Assembly (NCBI GenBank): GCA_963719515.1
Contig: CAVRCJ010000003.1
Location: forward strand, 480,001 to 544,000
Source of the DNA: an uncultured cyanobacterium
Lineage (GTDB): Bacteria; Cyanobacteriota; Cyanobacteriia; CAKZMO01
Length of the DNA stretch: 64,000 nt
Direction of reading: 5' to 3'
Both the position numbers and the translations under genes were made by a program. This document shows positions 54,611 to 64,000 of this stretch, piece after piece; the stretch's first letter is position 1; every line of letters begins with the position of its first letter. The notes below the pieces were generated by a model that was given only the letters and a program-made list of their open reading frames with translations, made no database searches and was not told the DNA's origin.

Positions 54611-55288
54611 ATGCATATCCTCTTGGTGGACGATGAAGTCGAGCTAGCAGACGCCCTCAGTCAAATTTTGCGGCGAGAGGGCTATGAGGTGACGGTGGCC
54701 TACGACGGCAATGCCGGCGCAGCGCTGGCGGAGGCTGGAGGTCACGACCTGCTAATTTTGGACTGGATGCTGCCGGGGCAAAGTGGCCTAGAGCTGTGCC
54801 AGGGGCTGCGATCGCAAGGGCGAGTAACGCCGGTGCTTTTTTTGACGGCAAAAGATACGCTGGATGACCGGGTTGGGGGGCTAGATGCTGGAGCAGACGA
54901 CTATCTGGTAAAGCCCTTTGAGCTGAAAGAGCTGCTGGCGCGGGTGCGGGCCTTACTGAGACGACCGCCTACCCTGGCGACTGCGGTTAGCTGCCTCACG
55001 TTGGGGAAGCTGACTCTCGATCCCGCTAACCAAGTCGCCCGTCGCGGCGATCGCACCGTGGAGCTATCAGAAAAAGAGAGTCTGCTGCTGAGCTATTTTA
55101 TGCGCCACCCTAACCAGCTGCTATCTCACGAAGCTATCTACCAGCAGGTTTGGCAGGAAGAGCCCGCCACCAGCAACGTATTGGCGGCCCAGGTGCGGCT
55201 GCTGCGGCGCAAGCTAGAACATTTAGGCGAGTCGTCCCTCATCCATACGGTTTACGGCAAGGGCTATCGCGTTGGCCCGCTGGGTTAG
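54611..55288 (+). CDS. OmpR-family response regulator (RppA-like), no adjacent kinase
   Basis: LLVDDE, ILDWMLP, FLTAKD, GADDYLVKPF, IHTVYGKGYR. Confidence 0.92.
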   Translation: MHILLVDDEVELADALSQILRREGYEVTVAYDGNAGAALAEAGGHDLLILDWMLPGQSGLELCQGLRSQGRVTPVLFLTAKDTLDDRVGGLDAGADDYLVKPFELKELLARVRALLRRPPTLATAVSCLTLGKLTLDPANQVARRGDRTVELSEKESLLLSYFMRHPNQLLSHEAIYQQVWQEEPATSNVLAAQVRLLRRKLEHLGESSLIHTVYGKGYRVGPLG

Positions 55289-55517
55289 TCCTGTGGCCCT
55301 AGCGCAGCATCAAGGCCTAGATCTGACGCTTGGTTCGCATTGACGCGCTTGCACAATACTGCTGGCGGGTCTATTGGTCTCTGTAGGTCACAAAAGGGGG
55401 AACCTATCACTTTTAGTTGAGAGTGAGATAAGAGTAACCAATCTTTTATAGACCGTTTGACCTGGCGCAGCTGCCGCCTAGCCGCTCTCGTCACCCATCA
55501 TTCACAGGAGTAACGCT

Positions 55518-55757
55518 ATGTTTAGCTCAGCGATCGCGTCTGTCTCCGACTCGTTTTTGCCGAGATTTACCACCCAGCTCAATGAGGCCGTTGTCGATAA
55601 AGTCATCTCTCAAGGAGAAAAATGGAGGGTGAAGTACCAGGCCACGACGTGGGCGGCTCGCTGCGTTCGAGAGGACACATGCCTTAGCCCTGACGACGTC
55701 GTATACGTAGTGGGTAGGCAAAACCTAACGCTGTTAATTGATACGGTTATCACCTAG
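55518..55757 (+). CDS. Short NfeD-like OB-fold protein
   Basis: WRVKYQATTWAAR, L.P...V.VVGRQNLTLLI; CAGGAG RBS. Confidence 0.8.
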   Translation: MFSSAIASVSDSFLPRFTTQLNEAVVDKVISQGEKWRVKYQATTWAARCVREDTCLSPDDVVYVVGRQNLTLLIDTVIT

Positions 55758-55828
55758 AACTTAAGGGCGGCTGCGGTGAAGGAATAGTCTTTCAACCTAG
55801 CTGCCCTAACATTTTGGTGCGGCAGTTT

Positions 55829-56455
55829 TTATCGTTTGCCAGCGCCCTGCTGCTGCAAGAACTCCTCCTCAAGCTGATGATAAATGCGCCGCAGCAGGCG
55901 CTTTCCTCGCTGAGCCCGCTTGCGCAACGTCGCGGCTTTGCAGGTTTCTCCCTCCCCCGCCAAAATTATTTGGATGTCTGCCCACTCATACCCATCCAGT
56001 AGACGAAACTTCATAAGTTGACCGATATCAGGTCTGATTTCAAGCAGCCGCGCTAGGGCGAGCCATAGAAGATCGATGCGCTGCTCGCGGGTAAGTAACA
56101 GTGCAGGCTCGCTCTCCGCTTCGACGGCAGTTTGGGTCTCAAACTCGTAAGACTGAGGATCCATCAGTATTTCCCTGCGCCGCTCACGCGACTTCTCGCG
56201 GATGATGTTGAGGCATGTGCTGCGCAACCAAGCTTTGTAGTTACGAATAGTCTGTTTTTTCTCCGCCTTGAGCGTACGCTCGTAGGCGATGTGAATGATT
56301 TCGTGGGGTTCAGTCGTGTGGCTCAAGTTGTACTGGTTTATGAACCGCTGCACCATAGAGATAAATGAGTACGGATGGGCGCTATTGGTGCTGAGGATCT
56401 CCCGAACAACATCCTGGAGCTGATTGGGGGGGCAATCGTCGTTAGCCATGCTCAT
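55829..56455 (-). CDS. Divergent ECF-like sigma-70 factor
   Basis: Region 2 EII..AYER..AWLRSTCLNIIRE; region 4 L..L...LM.FR..G..W..I..AATLRKRAQR. Confidence 0.75.
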   Translation of the reverse strand: MSMANDDCPPNQLQDVVREILSTNSAHPYSFISMVQRFINQYNLSHTTEPHEIIHIAYERTLKAEKKQTIRNYKAWLRSTCLNIIREKSRERRREILMDPQSYEFETQTAVEAESEPALLLTREQRIDLLWLALARLLEIRPDIGQLMKFRLLDGYEWADIQIILAGEGETCKAATLRKRAQRGKRLLRRIYHQLEEEFLQQQGAGKR

Positions 56456-56818
56456 GGAAGGTAGAGATATCTAGATAATTGTGACGAAAGGAACTAAGTG
56501 TGACACTTGAAGTCAAAAATTCTACCGCTTTGAGAAAACTAATTGTGAGACTGAACATATCACATCTGAACAATATGTCTTTTAGATATTGAGGTTCGAA
56601 GCGGTTTGACATAGACTCGAGCGAAGCCCTGTGACCTGATGCTACGAGCTACATCAGTTTATAGAAGCTTTACGGACCGGGCGGATCCATCAAGCTTTCG
56701 TAAACTCCAGCTGTCAAAGCCGTCACATTTGCCCCATCACAACACATATGTAAGTCGCACATATGTCGGCGATCGCGTTTCAACCCCTCACTACTCAAAA
56801 CATACTTCAGGTAAACTT

Positions 56819-57439
56819 ATGGATATTGAAAATATTGATACTGTCTCCGAAGACTTGCTCCTCGAGTCGCAAGGCTATGCAGAGATTGCTCAAGAGTATT
56901 ATTGCCTCTCTCTTCAAAAGCAGCTCAGTGAGGCCCAGGACGAGCGGCTGTCCATTATTCTTCAACTTGCCGAAGGCGATCGCTTGCTCAGCTTTATCAT
57001 TGATGAAACAGACCATATCCTGGGCCACGAGCTCGGCCTAATCGATTTGCCTAAGATTCGTGAGCAGCAGGACCGCCTCCGTCACGCCTTGGACAACAGC
57101 TGGGTCGACCAGGTGATGAAAGGCAGCCGCGATCGCCAGTCGGCCCAGGTGCCAAAGCAATCGCTAGAGCAGGCCCAGACGCGGCTAAAGCAGGAAGGGT
57201 TTTACAACGGTGAGATTGACGGACAGTATGGCCCTGAGACCCAGCAGGCATTTGACAACCTGCGGCAGGCGCTAGCCCATGAGCTAAAGCGACGCGGCCT
57301 CTACAGCGGTCCTGCTCCGGCCAGCTCTCAAACGCTGCAGGATCTGCTGCGCCAGATCAAAGAAAGTGAGCCGGTTCGCGGTACAGATATTGAGACGAAG
57401 GTGGATTTACTGAGTTTGGAGTCTTGGCTGGAGCGCTGA
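56819..57439 (+). CDS. Protein with acidic helical N-terminal domain and a peptidoglycan-binding (PG_binding_1-like) motif
   Basis: QTRLKQEGFYNGEIDGQYGPETQQA motif; start taken at MDIEN. Confidence 0.65.
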   Translation: MDIENIDTVSEDLLLESQGYAEIAQEYYCLSLQKQLSEAQDERLSIILQLAEGDRLLSFIIDETDHILGHELGLIDLPKIREQQDRLRHALDNSWVDQVMKGSRDRQSAQVPKQSLEQAQTRLKQEGFYNGEIDGQYGPETQQAFDNLRQALAHELKRRGLYSGPAPASSQTLQDLLRQIKESEPVRGTDIETKVDLLSLESWLER

Positions 57440-57493
57440 GTGGACTATGGGGCGGGCCGCGGAGCAGCAGGTATGAAGCGACTTAGCGTACCG

Positions 57494-58438
57494 CTATCCT
57501 CCTTCACGCAGGGGGGCAGTCACCGTCAGCGCAGTCTTCACAGGTCGCTCGATCCATTGGCTCTCTGACCAGCGCCCCAGGGAAAGATGCCCCTGATAAT
57601 ACAGCGCTGTGGAGCTGCCGCCGTCGAGGTTTAGCGCCTCTACCGCGCCCAGCTCTTCCATGAGGGTCGCTAGCTCGCGCAGCGTTAGCCCCGAGGTCGC
57701 TAGCTCAGGGCGTTGAGCAGCGGCTACCAACAGCAGCTTTCCCGACGCCGTGATGCCAATGGCGCTGCGGGCGTTGGGCCGAGTCTCCCCAAGGGCGTCT
57801 CGAATGCGATCGCCCCCCGCTATAGCCACAAACCCCTCTTCTACAGAGGTCAGCTCGGGCAGCAGGCGCGGTCCGCCGCCCACCGCGTCGAGGGTGCGAC
57901 AGCCCACAGGCGGCGGCTCGCTGTGCGGCGCAATCGCGTAGCTGCCAGGGCTATGTTCACCGCTCTGACTACCCGCACAGCGGTAGCGACGAAACTCAGA
58001 GCGATTGAGGATTTTGGAGAGGTAGGGCGCTAAATCTGGGTTATCCATCAGCCGCGAGTTGTCTCGGGGGGTGGCGACCTCCTCGCCATCAACCGTGATG
58101 TAGGAGGTCGTCTCGCCGTTTTGAGGGTCAAAGAACCCCGCATTGATGGCGGCGATCGCATCCGACTGCTGGGCGATCGCCGCGACGGTATCTAGGGAAG
58201 CCGCAACGCCGACGCTGACTCTGTAGGACGCTGGAACCGTTACAATGTGAACCGTCGACCGCTCTAGCTCACGCGTACTGTAGGTGACTACGGCGGCGGA
58301 CGATGGGTCCGGCGGCGGGGTGGTGACTAGCCCCGGCGCGATTGCTCCGCCTTGCTCTTGAGACATGCCTTGATGTCCGAGTAGAGCGGCCAAGAGACCC
58401 AGGACTATAGCAGTTAGCAGTACAAGTGAACGGCGCAT
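57494..58438 (-). CDS. Phosphodiester glycosidase family (DUF2233/NAGPA-like) exported protein
   Basis: AAINAGFF, GGGPRL, ARSAIG, ALNLDGGSS. Confidence 0.9.
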   Translation of the reverse strand: MRRSLVLLTAIVLGLLAALLGHQGMSQEQGGAIAPGLVTTPPPDPSSAAVVTYSTRELERSTVHIVTVPASYRVSVGVAASLDTVAAIAQQSDAIAAINAGFFDPQNGETTSYITVDGEEVATPRDNSRLMDNPDLAPYLSKILNRSEFRRYRCAGSQSGEHSPGSYAIAPHSEPPPVGCRTLDAVGGGPRLLPELTSVEEGFVAIAGGDRIRDALGETRPNARSAIGITASGKLLLVAAAQRPELATSGLTLRELATLMEELGAVEALNLDGGSSTALYYQGHLSLGRWSESQWIERPVKTALTVTAPLREGG

Positions 58439-58483
58439 TGGCGCTTCCCCTCAGTGATGTAGCCGATTAAACCTCTGCTAGAG

Positions 58484-59293
58484 CTAAAATACCTGTCCGC
58501 CCAGCAGTAGTCCAATCATAATCAGCAGCAGCCGTCGCCCGAGCACAAATCCAGCGTCAGGGTTAATCGCAGTGCGGTAGAGGGCGATCGCCGCTGGCGC
58601 AACGATTAGGGCCACGATGGGAAGCCACAGCCCGCTGTAGGTCACGAGCAGAAGATCAAGGCCAACCCTCACCGCCGCCGATGCAGCAATCCAAAGCACC
58701 GCATCTTGTAGGGTTAGGTCAGCAGAGGCCGCTGTACGCTCAGACGATGAGGCGAGTTGGCGCGGTGTGCCGGACGCTGCGGGGGGTTGGGAGGGTAAGG
58801 GAGACTGCAGCGATTGGCCAAACCGCTTTCCCCAGCGAAGCAAATAGGCAGGTCCACTTTGAAGATCTGCTTTGGCGTTCTGCTGAGGCAGACTGCGATA
58901 CTGCCGTCTCAGCCTATCGGCGAGCTGCGCGGCGTCTGCAGCGGACGACGGTGCTGATGGTGATCGGTCTAGGACGTCAGCTTTCAGATCAGCAGGTGCC
59001 GCACCGCTAAATTTTGGGAGTCGCGAGGGGTAGGGGGCTAGAGCGGGATGGCTAGCAGTGCTTATGGGAGAGGCGATCGCCCGGCGCAGCTGCCTGATGC
59101 CGGCATTGTTCACGTCTCTTCTATTAGCTTCTCTTTCCCCAAGCTCTCTCCGAGAGGGTAGGGCTGGAGTAAACGCCGCCAAGTCGGCTACCGCCAAATC
59201 ACCCCGACTGGGCTGGCGAGTTTGGCGGCGCTGGTGACCTATTGTCTGCAGCTTAGTCTGAATACGCTGAATCTCAGCCTGATCGCTGTGCAT
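58484..59293 (-). CDS. Conserved cyanobacterial protein with C-terminal membrane domain
   Basis: Long ORF; three C-terminal hydrophobic helices ending RLLLIMIGLLLGG. Confidence 0.7.
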   Translation of the reverse strand: MHSDQAEIQRIQTKLQTIGHQRRQTRQPSRGDLAVADLAAFTPALPSRRELGEREANRRDVNNAGIRQLRRAIASPISTASHPALAPYPSRLPKFSGAAPADLKADVLDRSPSAPSSAADAAQLADRLRRQYRSLPQQNAKADLQSGPAYLLRWGKRFGQSLQSPLPSQPPAASGTPRQLASSSERTAASADLTLQDAVLWIAASAAVRVGLDLLLVTYSGLWLPIVALIVAPAAIALYRTAINPDAGFVLGRRLLLIMIGLLLGGQVF

Positions 59294-59395
59294 GTATAGC
59301 CTCCACAATTCCAAGGGTTGAACGTAATTGAGTACAAGTGTACTATACAACTCGGAATTGACCAAGATTTTTCACAGCAATTTAACCAGCGCGCT

Positions 59396-60307
59396 TCACC
59401 GCGCTTGGGCGAGCTTGTCAATGACGGACTGCGTCGATACGACATGGCGGTCTAAGCCCAAGTCCGCTGGCGACACCCCCAGCGCTAAGGCCACCAGCTG
59501 CGGTAGATGGAGGATGGGTAGCTCAAAGGAGGCCTGCAGCACTTGGGCGACCTCTGGCTGCCGGGAGTCCAGGTTGAGGTGGCATAGGGGACAGGGGGTG
59601 ACGATGCAGTCTGCCCCGGCGGCGATCGCCTCTTGAATATGTCCCCCCGCCATCCGAAAGGAGGTGTCGGTGTCGTAGCTCGACAGGGGCCAGCCGCAGC
59701 ATTGCGTTCGGCCCCGATAGTCAATCGGCGTTGCCCCCAAAGCGCGAAACAGATTTTCCAGGGATTGGGGATTGAGCGGATCGTCATAGGGCAGCTGCTT
59801 CTGGGCCCTGAGCAGATAGCAGCCGTAAAATGCAGCGCAGTTGAGGCCGTTCAGGGGCCGGACAACGCGCTCTCGCAGTGCGCTCAGCCCGTAACGCCCC
59901 ACCAGCATCCACAGTAGATGGGTGACCTCGGTAGTCCCTTGGTAAGGAGAGCAGTGCTCTTGCTCTAAGAGCTGATTGACCTGATCAACGTAGCCGGGAT
60001 CTTCAATTTGCGAGGCTTTGAGGCGCTCGTCGACTCGACCCATCACCCCCTGACAGGTACTGCAATGGGTCAGCAGCGGTAAGTTGAGCGACTCCGCCAG
60101 CGCGATGTTGCGGGCGTTGACGGTGTCTTCGAGCAGCAAAGAATCTTCTCTAAAAGTGCCGGAGCCGCAGCAGGATGCTCGCTTCAGCTCAATGAGCTCT
60201 ATATCCAATGCCTGAGCTACGATTTGCGTCGATTGATGAAGCTCTCGGCAAGCGCCTTGAGCAACGCAGCCCGGAAAGTATGCGTAGCGCAGGGGTGAAG
60301 TTGCCAT
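59396..60307 (-). CDS. hdrB: HdrB-like CCG-domain protein (probable SDH membrane-anchor subunit)
   Basis: [39 protein letters not shown]. Confidence 0.85.
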   Translation of the reverse strand: MATSPLRYAYFPGCVAQGACRELHQSTQIVAQALDIELIELKRASCCGSGTFREDSLLLEDTVNARNIALAESLNLPLLTHCSTCQGVMGRVDERLKASQIEDPGYVDQVNQLLEQEHCSPYQGTTEVTHLLWMLVGRYGLSALRERVVRPLNGLNCAAFYGCYLLRAQKQLPYDDPLNPQSLENLFRALGATPIDYRGRTQCCGWPLSSYDTDTSFRMAGGHIQEAIAAGADCIVTPCPLCHLNLDSRQPEVAQVLQASFELPILHLPQLVALALGVSPADLGLDRHVVSTQSVIDKLAQAR

Positions 60308-60540
60308 AGATGCACAGTCGCTTAGAGAAAAAGTGGTTTAAGCAATTAGTTTAAGACTGATGTCGTAAGCGTCAGGATCTGGTGCCGCTGTCCAATAAAA
60401 TGGAAGGATGCAAAATTACCACAAGTTGCCGAGCTTGGCGATCGCCTACGCTACCGGCGCTCGATCTAGCTTCTGCTAGTGCGAACGTCCAGAGGAGTGG
60501 TTTAATGATAGCTGCTGATAGTTAAAGAAGAGACAATGTA

Positions 60541-60786
60541 ATGGATCAGGACAAGATTTTTGCAAAAGTTCAGGAAATTGTTTGCGAGCAGTTAGGCGTT
60601 GAGGATTCCGAGGTGAAAGCAGAGTCGAGCTTCGCGAACGACCTTGGGGCGGATTCGCTCGATACGGTCGAGCTCGTCATGGCCCTAGAAGAAGAATTCG
60701 ACATCGAGATTCCTGACGAGGCCGCTGAAAAGATCGCTACGGTTCAGGCCGCTGTGGACTTTATCAAAGAGAAAACTGAGAAGTAG
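60541..60786 (+). CDS. acpP: Acyl carrier protein
   Basis: [27 protein letters not shown]. Confidence 0.98.
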   Translation: MDQDKIFAKVQEIVCEQLGVEDSEVKAESSFANDLGADSLDTVELVMALEEEFDIEIPDEAAEKIATVQAAVDFIKEKTEK

Positions 60787-60963
60787 ACGGCGCACCGTCT
60801 GTGCATCGTCTCGACCCTGTGGGTGGCGCAGCACCCACAGGCCGAACCCAAAACGACTCGTGCGAATAGGAGCTGCCCTCTCGCCAAGGGCCAGCACTCC
60901 CCCGCTGGCGCAAACGCTGTGCAAGCGCGACGTAAGACTGTAACAGATCCCGATCCTAGAACT

Positions 60964-62223
60964 ATGGTAAATTCTGATTTTCCTAGAGCGCGCGTCGTCA
61001 TTACTGGGTTAGGCGCCGTCACCCCTATTGGCAACACTCTATCTGACTATTGGCAGGGGCTGATGGAGAGCCGCAACGGCATTGGGCGAATTACCCACTT
61101 CGATCCATCAAAGCATGCCTGTCAGATCGCTGGAGAAGTCAAGGCCTTTGACCCGCTGCAGTATCTCGATCGCAAGGACGCAAAGCGAATGGATCGCTTC
61201 GCCCAGTTCGCTATCGCGGCGAGTAAGCAGGCGCTCGCCGATGCCCAGTTTGAGATTACTGAACTCAATGCCGAGCAGGTCGGCGTCATGATTGGAACGG
61301 GTATCGGGGGACTCAAGGTGCTAGAAGAGCAGCATGAGGTCTATCTCACCCGAGGGCCGTCTCGGTGCAGCCCCTTCATGATTCCCACGATGATTGCGAA
61401 CATGGCCGCTGGATTGACGGCTATTCAGGTGGGGGCAAAGGGGCCAAACTCTTGTGCCGTAACCGCCTGCGCTGCCGGGTCTAACGCCATCGGGGATGCC
61501 TTTAGAATTTTGCAAAGGGGCGATGCCCAGGCCATGATCTGCGGTGGCACTGAAGCCGCAATTACGCCTTTGTCCTATGCTGGATTTGCCTCAGCGAAGG
61601 CGCTCTCGACCCGTAACGATGACGCTGCCCATGCGTCGCGCCCCTTTGACCTCAACCGCGACGGCTTTGTTATGGGAGAAGGCTCGGGCATCCTAATTCT
61701 TGAATCGCTGGAGCATGCCCTTAGCCGAGGCGCGAACATCTATGGCGAGATTGTGGGCTATGGTATGACCTGCGATGCCTATCACATGACCTCCCCACCT
61801 CCGGGCGGCACCGGCGCTGCTCGGGCGATGCGCTTAGCGCTTAAAGACGGCGGACTGTTGCCCAGCGCTGTCGACTATATCAATGCTCATGGAACCAGTA
61901 CGCCCGCCAACGACTCTACCGAAACGGCGGCTATCAAGTCGGTCTTAGAAGAGCATGCCTACCAGGTCGCCATCAGCTCGACCAAATCCATGACCGGCCA
62001 CCTGCTCGGCGGGTCTGGGGGAATTGAGGCGGTCGCCGTCGCGATGGCTTTGGTCAAGGAGCGCGTGCCGCCCACAATCAATCTAGAAGTTCCTGACCCG
62101 AAGTGCGATCTCGACTATGTTCCCAACCAGTCCCGAGCCCTGACGGTCAATGTGGCCCTGTCTAATTCGTTCGGATTTGGGGGCCATAACGTCACTCTCG
62201 CATTCAAGCGCTATAGCAATTAG
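60964..62223 (+). CDS. fabF: Beta-ketoacyl-ACP synthase II
   Basis: RVVITGLG, TACAAG, NAHGTST, KSMTGHLLG, SNSFGFGGHN. Confidence 0.97.
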   Translation: MVNSDFPRARVVITGLGAVTPIGNTLSDYWQGLMESRNGIGRITHFDPSKHACQIAGEVKAFDPLQYLDRKDAKRMDRFAQFAIAASKQALADAQFEITELNAEQVGVMIGTGIGGLKVLEEQHEVYLTRGPSRCSPFMIPTMIANMAAGLTAIQVGAKGPNSCAVTACAAGSNAIGDAFRILQRGDAQAMICGGTEAAITPLSYAGFASAKALSTRNDDAAHASRPFDLNRDGFVMGEGSGILILESLEHALSRGANIYGEIVGYGMTCDAYHMTSPPPGGTGAARAMRLALKDGGLLPSAVDYINAHGTSTPANDSTETAAIKSVLEEHAYQVAISSTKSMTGHLLGGSGGIEAVAVAMALVKERVPPTINLEVPDPKCDLDYVPNQSRALTVNVALSNSFGFGGHNVTLAFKRYSN

Positions 62224-62577
62224 CGATCGCTGTCTACGCTTCAATTTTTCCCATCGCTGGCGGGGGTTCATCCAGCCTGCATTAAGCCCAGGGTTATAGA
62301 GTTTATACGCATTAGGATATAAACTTAAATAAATAGGAGTTGCCTAGGTATAGTTGCCTACTGCACTGCGATCCGATTTCGAATAGGCGTGCATGGCGTT
62401 CAGTCAGTCAAGCGTTGCGCTGCGTTACGTCAATGACATAAGGCAGCGGTGTAGAACAATTACGGATGCAGGGCAGTTCTAACCTAGCTTCTGTTAGAGC
62501 TAATTGATCTCAAAGATACCTAGTACGCTCCAACTACTCCCTTTTCACCATTGTCGTTGACTTACACCGAGAGGATT

Positions 62578-64000
62578 ATGGCTGTCGTCACCCAATCTTT
62601 GGAAGAGCTTTGCATCAATTCAATCCGCTTTCTGGCTATTGACGCGGTTGAAAACGCTAAGTCTGGTCACCCTGGTCTTCCGATGGGAGCCGCCCCCATG
62701 GCGTTTGTACTGTGGGATAAGTTTTTGCGGTTTAACCCCAAGAATCCAGGCTGGTTTGATCGCGATCGCTTTGTGCTGTCGGCAGGGCATGGCTGCATGC
62801 TCCAGTATGCGCTGATGCACCTCACCGGGTACGACAGCGTCTCTCTAGACGACATTAAGCAGTTTCGCCAGTGGGGCTCTAGAGCGCCCGGTCACCCCGA
62901 GAATTTTGAAACGCCTGGTGTTGAGGTGACCACCGGACCATTGGGTCAGGGTATCGCCAACGCAGTCGGCTTAGCGATGGCGGAGGCTCATCTCGCCGCT
63001 CGCTTCAACAAGCCCGATTCAACTTTGATTGACCACTATACCTACGCCATCCTGGGTGACGGCTGCAACATGGAGGGCGTCTCCGGCGAGGCCTGCTCTC
63101 TAGGAGGCCACCTCGGCCTAGGTAAGCTCATTGCTCTCTACGACGACAACCATATCTCCATCGACGGCTCCACCGATATTTCCTTCACCGAAGACGTCGC
63201 CAAGCGGTTTGAAGCCTACGGCTGGCACGTCCAGCACGTCGAAGATGGCAACACCGATCTAGAGGCGATCGGCCGCGCCATTGAAGCCGCCAAGTCGGTA
63301 ACCGATAAGCCTTCCTTCATCAAGGTGACGACCACCATCGGCTACGGCTCCCCCAACAAAGCCAACACCGCTGGAATCCACGGCGCAGCCCTAGGCGATG
63401 ACGAAATTGCCGCCACCCGTAAAAACCTAGGCTGGACCCACGGGACGTTCGAAATCCCGGACGACGCGCTGGCCCACTTCCGCAAGGCGGTTGACCGGGG
63501 CGCTGACCTAGAGTCTAAGTGGCAGGACACTTTGGAGTCCTACCGCAAGCAGTATCCCGACGAAGCCGCAGAATTTGAGCGCATGCAGCGCGGCGAGCTA
63601 CCCCAAGGCTGGGCCGACGCGCTGCCTACCTACACCAGCGCCGACAAAGGCATCGCTACCCGCAAGCATTCCCAGGCCACGCTGAACGCGATCGCTCCTG
63701 TCGTGCCCGAGCTGATTGGTGGCTCTGCTGACCTCACCCATTCCAATTTGACCGAAATTAAGGTTTCCGGCGACTTTCAGCACGGGCAGTACGAGAATCG
63801 CAACCTGCGGTTCGGCGTTCGGGAGCACGGCATGGCGGCAATCTGTAACGGAATTGCGCTGCACAATTCTGGCCTCGTGCCCTACTGCGCAACGTTCCTC
63901 GTGTTCGTTGACTACATGCGGGGGGCTGTGCGGCTGTCGGCGCTGTCAGAAGCGGGCGTCATCTACGTGATGACCCACGACTCCGTAGGTCTAGGCGAAG
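62578..64000 (+). CDS. tkt: Transketolase, 5' part (runs off window end; absent from ORF track)
   Basis: [69 protein letters not shown]. Confidence 0.97.
   Translation, partial: MAVVTQSLEELCINSIRFLAIDAVENAKSGHPGLPMGAAPMAFVLWDKFLRFNPKNPGWFDRDRFVLSAGHGCMLQYALMHLTGYDSVSLDDIKQFRQWGSRAPGHPENFETPGVEVTTGPLGQGIANAVGLAMAEAHLAARFNKPDSTLIDHYTYAILGDGCNMEGVSGEACSLGGHLGLGKLIALYDDNHISIDGSTDISFTEDVAKRFEAYGWHVQHVEDGNTDLEAIGRAIEAAKSVTDKPSFIKVTTTIGYGSPNKANTAGIHGAALGDDEIAATRKNLGWTHGTFEIPDDALAHFRKAVDRGADLESKWQDTLESYRKQYPDEAAEFERMQRGELPQGWADALPTYTSADKGIATRKHSQATLNAIAPVVPELIGGSADLTHSNLTEIKVSGDFQHGQYENRNLRFGVREHGMAAICNGIALHNSGLVPYCATFLVFVDYMRGAVRLSALSEAGVIYVMTHDSVGLGE

Noticed and set aside
56540..56565. Canonical CRP site
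   Set aside because: TGTGA-TCACA spacing is 11, not 6
59396..60307. Methanogen-type heterodisulfide reductase acquired by transfer
   Set aside because: HdrB-like CCG proteins are usual in cyanobacteria and linked to succinate dehydrogenase

Overview
Chromosomal window from a fairly GC-rich cyanobacterium: the HIP1 octamer GCGATCGC is frequent, and psbI, apcD, ndhF1/ndhD1, crtP-crtB and cyAbrB are present. Most of it is housekeeping: hpf/lrtA, MscS, ndbB, hhoA-like protease, thrC-like plus MoaD, panB-cobH-cbiET, sdhB, glmS, rimK, csaB, LptD-like, hdrB-like, acpP-fabF-tkt. The main points of interest are five. (1) A fully delimitable, TnpA-less IS200/IS605 element (48228-49711) carries a tnpB broken by one extra base and a divergent ribbon-helix-helix gene; both end hairpins, the TTAG target motif, the guide RNA and the empty site can be read from the sequence. 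(2) A thrC-paralogue/sulfur-carrier operon lies behind a near-perfect IscR/Rrf2 type-1 operator, suggesting a sulfur-carrier route to homocysteine or cysteine. (3) An NfeD / ECF-like sigma / peptidoglycan-binding-protein module has a TGTGA-rich control region. (4) Several intergenic structured RNA candidates occur, one with mutually exclusive folds upstream of an HtrA protease. (5) There are REP- and MITE-like repeats. No rRNA, tRNA or CRISPR array was seen. All calls come from reading motifs by eye, without database searches.
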